DNA of 64,000 nucleotides. Origin: a virus. The stretch spans positions 35,512-99,511 of IMG/VR virus record IMGVR_UViG_3300032284_001716. One strand, 5' to 3'. Position 1 is the stretch's first letter, and each line of letters starts with the position of its first letter. Positions 47,929-57,031 of the stretch are shown here, piece by piece. The position numbers and the translations under genes are program-made. The notes beneath the pieces are model-generated. The model was given only the letters and a program-made list of their open reading frames with translations. It ran no database searches and had not been told where the DNA came from.

Positions 47929-49224
47929 ATGCCCCTTGTTGTTACCGGTGAAGTAGGTATATATTGGAACAAATTCGGGGAGCGTTATGCTGACACCGTA
48001 AATAAGCAGCTGCAGAAAGATACCAGTCTTCTGCAGCTTCATTGTGGTTACTACCTTTACAATGATAAAATCTACATAGATCGAAAAGATCTACTAGATG
48101 AAATGTTAGTAACACGTGATAATAATTCAGTTCAATTTATGTTCAATGAAGATGTCTTTCAAAAGATAGACTGGACAGTAGAACCAGATATTAGCCTAGA
48201 TGAGCTCTACAGGCAAAGAGCACAGCAAATCAGAGATTCTTACGACTATATCATCTTGAGTTACTCGGGTGGTGCAGACTCGCATGAAGTATTAAGTGTA
48301 TTTCTTAAGAACAATATCTTCATCGATGAAATTCAAGTAGTACATCATTACGATCTGATAAAGAAGATCGGTCGTACTACTATGGAGACAGACCCGGGTT
48401 TAGCTATGATGCTTGAGTTCGAGCGTGTTGCATTACCTACTATTAAAAAGTTAGTAGAGAAGTCACCAGGTACTAAGATTAATCTGATGGATGCATCTGA
48501 CTTTGTTGTACAAGATGTACATGGTCATAGATTCTCATTTATGGGAATGGATAAGTTCAACAATAATGCCGGCTTCATGTGTATGACTACACCATTTGTC
48601 CGCAATTTCTTTCAGCATCATCAGAATAATAAGAACCTAAATTTGGGTGGCAAGAAGGTCTGTTTCCTCCGTGGAACAGAAAAGCCAAGTCTCAAGATGT
48701 ATAGAAATAATCTGAAGTTTAACTTTACCGACGCATCGATGCATGGAACCAAGCTGATGCAGAAGGGGGATATAGATGAGATATATACTATTGAGAACTT
48801 CTTCTGGAGCCCGGATGCTCCTCTGATTCCAATCAAACAATCACATGTCATTAAGAAAGTACTCGAGCGAGATCCAAAATTCTATGCTCAGTTCATGATT
48901 AATCAAGAAAAGAATATTCGAATGACTGAGTTTAATAAACCAGGCATTGCAGAAGAGCAAGACTTCCAAAGAAAGTATACTAGAATAATCTATAGTCATT
49001 GGAACGATACTTTCTTTAAGGCTCCAAAGAAAGCTCCAGTATCTGGAGAGTTCCAAGCTGTTAAGATATTGTTCAATGACACATACTATCGAGATGCTAT
49101 AAAAGAACAGAATAACTTCTTCTTTAAGAAGTATGATTTAATCGAAGATAAGTCCTTACTTAATAAGACGCTTGCTTCATATCGTTATGATCTAGGAGAG
49201 ATGAATGTACAATGGAATGATTAG
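47929..49224 (+). CDS. PP-loop enzyme, paralog 3
   Basis: DWTVEP..L.ELY.QRAQQIRDSYDYIILSYSGGADS, G.EKP, E.FFWSPD.P.I.IKQ.H. Confidence 0.82.
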   Translation: MPLVVTGEVGIYWNKFGERYADTVNKQLQKDTSLLQLHCGYYLYNDKIYIDRKDLLDEMLVTRDNNSVQFMFNEDVFQKIDWTVEPDISLDELYRQRAQQIRDSYDYIILSYSGGADSHEVLSVFLKNNIFIDEIQVVHHYDLIKKIGRTTMETDPGLAMMLEFERVALPTIKKLVEKSPGTKINLMDASDFVVQDVHGHRFSFMGMDKFNNNAGFMCMTTPFVRNFFQHHQNNKNLNLGGKKVCFLRGTEKPSLKMYRNNLKFNFTDASMHGTKLMQKGDIDEIYTIENFFWSPDAPLIPIKQSHVIKKVLERDPKFYAQFMINQEKNIRMTEFNKPGIAEEQDFQRKYTRIIYSHWNDTFFKAPKKAPVSGEFQAVKILFNDTYYRDAIKEQNNFFFKKYDLIEDKSLLNKTLASYRYDLGEMNVQWND

Positions 49225-50113
49225 AAATGCTGCTATTGGTTTGATGATGATTGGTTCTGCATCGGCCGCAGAACAAGTAGAAATCATCTCAAGTATTCCT
49301 GCGGCTGGTTCTGGTGGACAGATTGGTGCCGGTATTACACAAATCCTGAATAAAGTACAGACTGACCGTGAGTATAAGTTCGTCGTGAGCCCGGGCGCAC
49401 AGGGCGATACATCAGCTCTCAAAGCTCTAGTTGATGCAAAGACTCAGAATGTAGTGATGTTTAATGGTATCTCAGTGACTACCACTAACAGACTTCTGAA
49501 TCCTAATGCAGGGTTTGATCGCGATAAGGACTTCATTCAGAGTATTGGTATTGGTAAGAACTACTATGCCATTATGGTGAATCCAGACTCGCCTATTAAG
49601 AATGTTGATGACCTAGTGAAGTCTATCAAGAGCAAGCCGAAGGCTTTCTTCTCGACTACATTGACGGCGCCGGGTTCTGTTATCATCAATGACATCTTCC
49701 TGAAGAGATACGGTATCACCAATAAGGTTGAATCGATTAACTATAAGTCGCCACAGGAGATTATCCTAGCTCTGAACAACAAAGAGTCAGATTATACTAT
49801 CTTTACGGTGTCTGATATGACTAATCTGAAGGCTATCATGGTATCGTCAGAGAAGCGCCTGATTCAGTTCCCTGATGCGCCAACAGCTAGGGAAACCGGG
49901 TTCGATGCGTTCTCGCTATCATCTATTCTTATGTTCTCTATTCCTAAAGATCGTGCCGCGTTTCAAAGAACATTTGAAGAGGACATGAAAAAAGTGTGTG
50001 CACACCCAGACTATGAGCGTATTGCCAATATTCGTGCTCCATATCGTTCAGAATGCATGACTCCAGCTGATACTATGGCTACTGTCGAAAACGAATTGAA
50101 GACTATCAGATAG
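49217..50113 (+). CDS. Tripartite tricarboxylate transporter substrate-binding protein (TctC/Bug), divergent
   Basis: Signal peptide (ASA-AE), FVVSPGAQG, V.PDSPIK.V.DLV, YKS, KRL..FPD.PT..E.G. Confidence 0.8.
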   Translation: MIRNAAIGLMMIGSASAAEQVEIISSIPAAGSGGQIGAGITQILNKVQTDREYKFVVSPGAQGDTSALKALVDAKTQNVVMFNGISVTTTNRLLNPNAGFDRDKDFIQSIGIGKNYYAIMVNPDSPIKNVDDLVKSIKSKPKAFFSTTLTAPGSVIINDIFLKRYGITNKVESINYKSPQEIILALNNKESDYTIFTVSDMTNLKAIMVSSEKRLIQFPDAPTARETGFDAFSLSSILMFSIPKDRAAFQRTFEEDMKKVCAHPDYERIANIRAPYRSECMTPADTMATVENELKTIR

Positions 50114-51318
50114 TGTATACTACAAGCAATGGTTACTATCTTTATAACGACAAGTGCTTCTTCACACGCGAGGAAGTACTTGACGAGATGTTGCTTAATA
50201 AAGACTATGATGGATCCTTTGAATTCAAATTCAACGATGAGGTTTATTCAGAACTCAACTGGCAGGTAAACACGTATCCTCCATTGAGACAGCTGTATAA
50301 AATAAGAGCACAGCAGCTTAGGGACAAGTATGATTACTTGATATTATCATATTCTGGTGGAAGTGATTCTACAGAAGTATTAGAGACGTTTTTAAGAAAT
50401 AACATATTCATCGACGAGGTTCAGGTTCTGAACTTTGAATCCCTATTTTCAAAGGCTAGATTATCTTCTGACCTACATTATTTTCTTGAGTATAGACTAT
50501 CAGCTGTCAGCGGCTTGAAAAGAATTAAAGAGTTTAGCCCTAATACTAAGATCACAATTATCGATGCATCGAACTTCCTGTTCGATCAGGTAGTCAACAA
50601 TAAATTTGAGATGTTAGGTATCGATAAAGAGAAACCTTCAGTTACATTATTAACAGGCTCTAGTGCTCGCTCGACTAACTACTATATGCAAAGGTATAAT
50701 GAGAAAAATACCAATAAACAGAACTCATGTTTCATCAGAGGTTCAGAGAAGCCGTCCTTAAGTATTGAAGACAGTAAACTTTACCATTCATTCTACGATA
50801 TATCGATGAATGGATACTCATACAGAACTGATCCCTATCAAACAGAACTGTTCTTTTGGTCTAAAGATATGCCAATGATTGTACTAGCACAGATTCAAGT
50901 ATTGAAGACGGCACTAGAGAATAATAAGACTTTCTACAATCTCTTTTTGCATATGCAGGTATTATCAAAGCAGCATATCATTCAGAAGTTAAAAGGATAC
51001 TCTCCGGCTGTCAACCTTGAAAGAATGTATTCATACTTCATATACGATCATTGGGGAAAGAATAGCTTTAACTCAGAAAAGATTATCTATAAGTCACCTG
51101 AGTTTGAGCTTATTAAATCTATAGCAGGGCGGCACAGCGGATATGAAGTAATGACTGAAAAAAACAACTTTTATAAAAATAAATACAGCCTGATCAACAA
51201 TCAATACCTACTAAGCAAATTCAAATTTGGACAAAGATATTATGTCGGGGAGTTACAGTTAAATCATGATAAGGATCTTAATAAGTCTTCTGTTATTATG
51301 CTCAACGGCAAATGCTAA
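50113..51318 (+). CDS. PP-loop enzyme, paralog 4
   Basis: RAQQLRDKYDYLILSYSGGSDS, G.EKP, ELFFWS; closest to ORF 47929. Confidence 0.82.
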   Translation: MYTTSNGYYLYNDKCFFTREEVLDEMLLNKDYDGSFEFKFNDEVYSELNWQVNTYPPLRQLYKIRAQQLRDKYDYLILSYSGGSDSTEVLETFLRNNIFIDEVQVLNFESLFSKARLSSDLHYFLEYRLSAVSGLKRIKEFSPNTKITIIDASNFLFDQVVNNKFEMLGIDKEKPSVTLLTGSSARSTNYYMQRYNEKNTNKQNSCFIRGSEKPSLSIEDSKLYHSFYDISMNGYSYRTDPYQTELFFWSKDMPMIVLAQIQVLKTALENNKTFYNLFLHMQVLSKQHIIQKLKGYSPAVNLERMYSYFIYDHWGKNSFNSEKIIYKSPEFELIKSIAGRHSGYEVMTEKNNFYKNKYSLINNQYLLSKFKFGQRYYVGELQLNHDKDLNKSSVIMLNGKC

Positions 51319-52012
51319 AGATATTGATATTATTACTAGGTTTGGAAATTCATCTGTTGCTACAAGAAATCTGATTGAATATGTTTATGTGTTGAATGGT
51401 ATTCAATCAGATTATACATTCAAAGTCGTGTCTGCACCGGGGGCTAGAGGTGAGGTTGCAGATCTTAAAGCTAAGATGATAGCTGAAACCAATGATGTTT
51501 TAATATTCAACTCTACTTCATCATATACAAATAAATCTAGTGAAGGTATCATCCCTCTTTATAGTATATGGGGATCGCCGCAATCTATTATGGTTGCGCA
51601 AGATTCGCCTATCCAAACTATAGATAACTTCATTAAATTTGCTAAAGCAAAACCAAACCTTTACTATGCTACAGAGGATAATGCCTCTGGATCGGCTATA
51701 TTAAACAATCAATTGATAAAGGAATTTGGTCTTAAGAATGTAGTTAATCTAAGCTATAAAAGCATAGGTGATGCAAAGAAAAGCATACTGATTGGCGAAG
51801 CGGATTATACCATCTTTAATGTTAATGAGATGATAGGTCTAAAATCTATCAAGTATTTTGACTATATGACAGAGTCAATGATGTCTGTGCCGGCCACCAG
51901 ATTGGAATTTGGTAGCCGGCTTAAACCGATATTCATGGCAGCGTGTAACGATAAAGCTTATATAGAAAAGCTTGTTAAAACTGGTTACACGTCTGTATGC
52001 AAAGAAAAATAA
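51266..52012 (+). CDS. TctC/Bug-like binding protein, shortened
   Basis: Signal peptide (ANA-K), FKVVSAPGA.G, V..DSPI.TI..FI, YKS; paralog of 49217. Confidence 0.7.
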   Translation: MIRILISLLLLCSTANAKDIDIITRFGNSSVATRNLIEYVYVLNGIQSDYTFKVVSAPGARGEVADLKAKMIAETNDVLIFNSTSSYTNKSSEGIIPLYSIWGSPQSIMVAQDSPIQTIDNFIKFAKAKPNLYYATEDNASGSAILNNQLIKEFGLKNVVNLSYKSIGDAKKSILIGEADYTIFNVNEMIGLKSIKYFDYMTESMMSVPATRLEFGSRLKPIFMAACNDKAYIEKLVKTGYTSVCKEK

Positions 52013-52627
52013 TTAGGTAAACTTAGGACCGACAACCCAGATTACGATCGATCGACGCGTACCCTTTGTTATCGGCTTCACGCGATGAATCATAAATGAG
52101 GGGAAGAGAATGCATCTTCCTTTCTTAGCATCAACGGTAATAGGTTCATTCTCCATACCGTTATTGATCTGAAACTCGCCACCCTCAAAATCGTCGTTCA
52201 GTAAGAACGTCAGTGATAACTTACGTGTGTCATGCATATTCTGTGGCATGTGACCCATGCCCATATCCATATGCCAATCATACTTTCCCTCTTCATCAGA
52301 GTTGTAGACTGTATATTGGAAAGCATCGTATCCGTTCAACTCAAATCCATAGTACATCTCATTGATGCTCTGGATGACAAAGTTAAATTTATCAAAGATC
52401 CATGCAGTCTCTGGTGTACGTGCGTGGAACTTTACATTCGACTTACGGACTCTCTCGGTTTCCTCTTGAGTGCCGGAGAATGTGGTACCACGTTCAGTTC
52501 CCTGTTCTTCACAGTAATTAAGTACTGCCTGAATCTCTTCCTCAGTAAAGAGGTCGTCCCAGAATGACCATGGGTGCGTGATACGTGAACGATTATACGG
52601 ATCGTTATAGATTGTTGTGTACTTCAT
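52013..52627 (-). CDS. 2OG-Fe(II) oxygenase (PKHD/prolyl-4-hydroxylase type)
   Basis: YDWHMD, RKLS....LN..FEGGEF, FPSF..HRV.P.TKG.R.S.V.W..G. Confidence 0.92.
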   Translation of the reverse strand: MKYTTIYNDPYNRSRITHPWSFWDDLFTEEEIQAVLNYCEEQGTERGTTFSGTQEETERVRKSNVKFHARTPETAWIFDKFNFVIQSINEMYYGFELNGYDAFQYTVYNSDEEGKYDWHMDMGMGHMPQNMHDTRKLSLTFLLNDDFEGGEFQINNGMENEPITVDAKKGRCILFPSFMIHRVKPITKGTRRSIVIWVVGPKFT

Positions 52628-53313
52628 TTACGGAAAATTCTCCAATTAGACGATGGCTGAATGCCTGTAGGTTTTGCTTCCACTTTTCTATAGGTAAAGA
52701 ATACGTCACCTGCAAGACAAACTCTCTTCTGTTTAAGATCATCTAAACTCTTGCAGCCTTCATCAAACTCAGAATTACCATAACCAACAGTGTGATGACT
52801 CAACCTTGCAGGGAATACGAAAAGATTTCCCTCAGTCGGGGCAAAGCCTGTGTCATATGCGTTAAACTTGTTAACCTCGGTAGAGTTAAACCTGATCATC
52901 CCATAGTATGGGTCATTCATGTGTGGAGGTGTTGACGAGAAGACAATAGGTTTCTCAAGTTGATCCGGAATGTTAGCATAGTATGTGAATGAAAGATGAG
53001 CATCTTCATGGCTATGGAAAGGTGTGTGTCTTTCCTTGGTGATGTTCATCCAAGTCTTAACAATGTTAATATCAAAGATTTCAGGATCGATAGCAAGAGT
53101 ACGAAGATACTCTTCAATAGAGCCAGTAATATATCCAAACAACGGCGCAAAGGCTTCCTCATGGTGGATATTGACGTGACCAGTATACTCATTCGAGTAA
53201 CCGTCAACAGTCATATACTTCATGAGTTTGCTTAGGAAGATCGGCTTGAACTTATCAGCATCCCTATACTGATCTTCAAGAACTAGTGTTGGAAAGAGTG
53301 CATGTCTAATCAT
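52624..53313 (-). CDS. Putative 2OG-Fe(II) oxygenase (TIGR02466-like)
   Basis: LFPT, WMN......H.H...LS..YY, P.EG.L.VFP..L.H, R...A. Confidence 0.82.
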   Translation of the reverse strand: MIRHALFPTLVLEDQYRDADKFKPIFLSKLMKYMTVDGYSNEYTGHVNIHHEEAFAPLFGYITGSIEEYLRTLAIDPEIFDINIVKTWMNITKERHTPFHSHEDAHLSFTYYANIPDQLEKPIVFSSTPPHMNDPYYGMIRFNSTEVNKFNAYDTGFAPTEGNLFVFPARLSHHTVGYGNSEFDEGCKSLDDLKQKRVCLAGDVFFTYRKVEAKPTGIQPSSNWRIFRK

Positions 53314-54269
53314 CTATTGGCCTCATTTAACCTTTTCAGTTTTTCAACAAAAGCGTCGTCTACACGAATCACATACTTAACTATATTGAGGGCTTCATCG
53401 TGGTAGATCGGATTGACCTCTATGTTCATCTTTCTTGCTTCCTCTAGATACTCAGAGTCCATTACGGCTTTCGTAAAAGCTTCACGCAGTTCCTGAGCAT
53501 TCTTTTCAGGAATTCCTGGAGGGGCGACAAATGGCCTTAACATAGCATAGCTTGCCTCCACAATAGATAGTATTGTTTTGTCTGTATCTAATTGTACCAT
53601 CTCAGCGAGAGTCTGTACATCTTTATATTCTATGTGTCTATGAATACCGTTACCAAACTGCATGCATGCATTGATACCTGAATCTGGCTTAAGCCAGTTA
53701 GGCTTCTGCGTCTTGATACCAACTAGATTATAAACTACAGCATCAACCTCTTTTCTCTCGAGAGCCATTCTGGCATCTCCGGGAGTTGCATAACCTGTAA
53801 CGATCTTAGCATCTAACTTAGCTATATCACGAACTAGGAAAGCCGGATTCACACCTGCATAGTTCTCTGATCCGATGATCTTTGGATTATCCGTGTTGCA
53901 CCACATGATAACTGCATCCTTACGCCCGTCGACGTTTGAACCAATCCATGTGAATTTAGTAGCATCAAATTGTACGTTAGGGACGTGTAGTGTACCGACT
54001 AATGGAATTTCCTTGTAGAAGGTGCCGATGACCGACCCATCCTTAGGTGCAATATTGTATAGGTAGTTGGCTGCAACCAGGCTGGCTGCCCCAGGCATGG
54101 ACTGAATAACTAGTGTCGGTTTGTTAGGAAGATATTTGACCAGATACTTACCAAGCACTCTGGCATTGATATTGTAGCTATCGTTGTCTGATGGGACGAT
54201 AATCTTTAGGGTTTCTGCCGCAGCCGGCGTGACCATTAGGGTCAAAGCGAGGATAATCGCTCGAAACAT
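53310..54269 (-). CDS. TctC/Bug family substrate-binding protein
   Basis: Signal peptide; Y...AR.L.KY...YLP..P......MPGA.SL.AANYLY..APKDG..IG, LA.ER.EVD, RPF.APPG.P....LR.AF. Confidence 0.88.
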   Translation of the reverse strand: MFRAIILALTLMVTPAAAETLKIIVPSDNDSYNINARVLGKYLVKYLPNKPTLVIQSMPGAASLVAANYLYNIAPKDGSVIGTFYKEIPLVGTLHVPNVQFDATKFTWIGSNVDGRKDAVIMWCNTDNPKIIGSENYAGVNPAFLVRDIAKLDAKIVTGYATPGDARMALERKEVDAVVYNLVGIKTQKPNWLKPDSGINACMQFGNGIHRHIEYKDVQTLAEMVQLDTDKTILSIVEASYAMLRPFVAPPGIPEKNAQELREAFTKAVMDSEYLEEARKMNIEVNPIYHDEALNIVKYVIRVDDAFVEKLKRLNEANR

Positions 54270-54283
54270 TTACTTCTCCATGA

Positions 54284-54316
54284 GATAAATAATAAAGAAT
54301 CACGCTTGTATTTATA
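54284..54316. promoter_or_regulatory. Pair of opposed late promoters: GATAAATA (+, 54284-54291) and TATAAATA (-, 54309-54316)
   Basis: In the gap between the divergent TctC and gp13 genes; same layout as 5029-5053. Confidence 0.75.
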
Positions 54317-54325
54317 GGACCTCCA

Positions 54326-55066
54326 ATGGCCGCCATTTCATCAAGAAACGACTTTAAGAAATATTGCCTTCGTAAGCTCGGTGCACCTGTCATTGAGATT
54401 AATGTTGATGATGATCAGCTCGAGGATCGTGTCACCGAGGCTATCAGCTATTATTGGGACTATCACTTTGATGGCGCCGATAAGGTATACTACAAGTACC
54501 AGATCACACCAACGGACATTACGAACAAGTATATCACTATGCCTGATAATATCATCGGCGTGGTTAATCTGTTCCCAATTGGTCAGGCGCTGAACACGAA
54601 CAATCTATTCAACATTCGTTATCAGATCGCTCTAAATGATTTATACACACTAACATCTGTCAGTATGGTTCCATACTATATGGCTCTCCAACACATTCAG
54701 TTCCTTGAGCAGTTCCTAGTTGGTCAGCAGCCTCTACGTTATAACCGTGTTATCGGCCGATGCTATATCGATATGGACTGGACGATCGTTAATCCTGGCG
54801 ACTATCTTATCCTTGAAGCTTATCAGGTTGTTGATCCTGAGCTTTATGTTAAGGGATATAATGAGCGCTGGCTTCAGAACTATGCTACTGTCCTTATCAA
54901 GGAACAGTGGGGAAGTAACCTCAAGAAGTTCGAGGGCATGCAACTTCCAGGTGGCCTAAAATTCAATGGACAAAAGATATACGACGAGGCACGACAGGAT
55001 AGAGCAGCTATGGAGCAGGAAATGATTACCGGCTTCAGCATGCCCGTCCATGATATGATCGGGTAA
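54326..55066 (+). CDS. gp13: Neck protein
   Basis: YCLRKLGAPVIEINVDDDQ, YHFDG, WL..YAT.LIKEQWG.NL.KF.G.QLPGG..NG..IY. Confidence 0.95.
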   Translation: MAAISSRNDFKKYCLRKLGAPVIEINVDDDQLEDRVTEAISYYWDYHFDGADKVYYKYQITPTDITNKYITMPDNIIGVVNLFPIGQALNTNNLFNIRYQIALNDLYTLTSVSMVPYYMALQHIQFLEQFLVGQQPLRYNRVIGRCYIDMDWTIVNPGDYLILEAYQVVDPELYVKGYNERWLQNYATVLIKEQWGSNLKKFEGMQLPGGLKFNGQKIYDEARQDRAAMEQEMITGFSMPVHDMIG

Positions 55067-55068
55067 CA

Positions 55069-55791
55069 ATGGCTACCAATTTTTACTTTAATAATTTCCA
55101 AGCTAGCGGCGAGCAGAATCTTCTCGAGAACCTGATCATTGAATCAATCAAGATCTATGGTGAGGATATGCTTTACATTCCGCGTAATCTTGGTAATTTA
55201 GATGCTTTATACACTGCAGATGATCAATCGTCTTATACGAAGTCATTTGGAATTGAAATGTATATTAAGAATGTTGATGGTTTTGCCGGTGATGGTAACT
55301 TTATGTCTAAGTTCGGCCTTGAGATTAGAGACCAGGTTGTGTTCTCAGTTGCGCAGCGTATATTCAACAATGAGATTGGTGATACGACCGGATTCACACG
55401 CCCGAGAGAAGGCGATCTAATCTTCTTCCCTCTTAATAAGAAATGCTTCCAGATCAAGTATGTCAACAAGTTTGAGATGTACTACCAGTTAGGTAGCCTG
55501 CAGACTTGGGAGATGACATGTGAACTATTCGAGTATTCAGACGAAACTATGAATACCGGTATTCCTGAGATTGATGTTCTTCAGGTAAAGTTCAGCACCA
55601 ATGAGCTTGACTATACTCTAAGAGATACTGATAACAACTATCTTCAGAATGAGGATGGCGACTTCATCATGAATACTCAATATGATCTGAATGTCATTGA
55701 AGGTACTGGAACAAACGAAGTATTTGCGACAGAGACGAGCGGTATTATTGACTTTACACAGGTCGATCCATTTAGTGAAGGTCACTTCTAA
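55069..55791 (+). CDS. gp14: Neck protein
   Basis: EQNLLENLI.ESIKIYG...YIPR, SKFGLE, RPREGDLI.FP, CELFEYS.E. Confidence 0.95.
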   Translation: MATNFYFNNFQASGEQNLLENLIIESIKIYGEDMLYIPRNLGNLDALYTADDQSSYTKSFGIEMYIKNVDGFAGDGNFMSKFGLEIRDQVVFSVAQRIFNNEIGDTTGFTRPREGDLIFFPLNKKCFQIKYVNKFEMYYQLGSLQTWEMTCELFEYSDETMNTGIPEIDVLQVKFSTNELDYTLRDTDNNYLQNEDGDFIMNTQYDLNVIEGTGTNEVFATETSGIIDFTQVDPFSEGHF

Positions 55792-56609
55792 TGTTCGGAC
55801 AGAATTTCTACTTCTCAACTATTAGAAAGTATGTGACACTATTTGGCACATTGTTCGATGATATTACTATCATTAGAACAGATCAAGCTGGTCACCTGAA
55901 CGCTGTTATCAAAGTTCCCGTCACGTATGGACCTAAGGAAAAGATGCTTGCTCGCATCGAGGAAGATCCAAATATCGATAGGCCGACAGCTACACCTACT
56001 CTACCGCTAATGTCATTTGAGATGACTAATCTTACCTATGACAATACTAGAAAGTTGAACACTGTTGGTAGAAGCGCATTTGTCGGACCAAACAACCAGT
56101 ATTCGTATCAGTATAATCCTGTTCCATACAATATTGGATTCAGGCTTTACATCTACGTTAAGAACGCCGAGGATGGGACAAAGATCGTAGAGCAGATTCT
56201 ACCTTACTTTACACCTGACTTTACTACCACATTAAAGCTTATTCCTGAGATGAACATCACGATGGATATTCCAACCGTGATGAATACTATTACCCAGGAT
56301 GACACTTACACTGGTGACTTTAAAGAACGCAGAGCTATTATCTGGACATTAGACTTCACCATGAAGGGTTACATCTATGGACCGGTGAAGAAAGCTCCTA
56401 TCATTCTATTTGCAAATACTGTGTTCTATACACCGAAAGACATTAATAATCTTGCAAATACAGAGTATTCAGATTACGTGTCTGTTCGCCCAGGTTTAAC
56501 AGCAAATGGCCAGCCAACATCAAATGGTGATCTATCTATTAGTACTTATGACATCTTGGCATCTGATGACTATGGATACATAATCGATAAAGGTTATAAT
56601 GAGACATGA
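55791..56609 (+). CDS. gp15: Tail sheath stabiliser/terminator
   Basis: FY..TIRKY..LFGTLF, KVP..YGPK.K, PVPYN, EQILP.F.P, WTLDFT.K.Y.YGP. Confidence 0.95.
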   Translation: MFGQNFYFSTIRKYVTLFGTLFDDITIIRTDQAGHLNAVIKVPVTYGPKEKMLARIEEDPNIDRPTATPTLPLMSFEMTNLTYDNTRKLNTVGRSAFVGPNNQYSYQYNPVPYNIGFRLYIYVKNAEDGTKIVEQILPYFTPDFTTTLKLIPEMNITMDIPTVMNTITQDDTYTGDFKERRAIIWTLDFTMKGYIYGPVKKAPIILFANTVFYTPKDINNLANTEYSDYVSVRPGLTANGQPTSNGDLSISTYDILASDDYGYIIDKGYNET

Positions 56610-57031
56610 CAGCAAATAATGATCCGTTAGGTAAAGCATTGAACCTAACACCGATGGCGACCGATACTGCGGTCAAGTCGATTGTTGCTAAGGCACACGA
56701 TGACAGCGCCAAGAATGACTTCGAGATGGCAAGATCAAACATTCACGAGGTCATTCAGAATGGCACTTATGCAATTGAGAAGTTATCACAGATAGCAGAT
56801 CAAAGCCAGCATCCAAGGGCCTTTGAGGTTCTAGCAACACTTATGAAAACTATGCTTGATGCTAATAAGGACTTACTTGACCTGCAGAAGAAGATCCGAG
56901 ACATCTCTGCTGCCGATGCTCCGACTAATGAAAATGCAAAGCAAGTGACGAATAACCTATTTGTTGGATCTACTGCAGACCTTCAGAAAGTCATTGAGGA
57001 TATGAAAAATGGTGGATCTAAGTCAGCTTAA
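56606..57031 (+). CDS. gp16: Terminase small subunit
   Basis: DF..AR.N, HPRAFEV, NNLFVGSTADLQK. Confidence 0.93.
   Translation: MTANNDPLGKALNLTPMATDTAVKSIVAKAHDDSAKNDFEMARSNIHEVIQNGTYAIEKLSQIADQSQHPRAFEVLATLMKTMLDANKDLLDLQKKIRDISAADAPTNENAKQVTNNLFVGSTADLQKVIEDMKNGGSKSA

Noticed and set aside
44309-51318. Calling the PP-loop genes queC (7-deazaguanine DNA modification) or asnB
   Set aside because: No QueC zinc motif or glutaminase domain, no folE/queD/queE/dpdA neighbours, and the genes lie in a late structural context.
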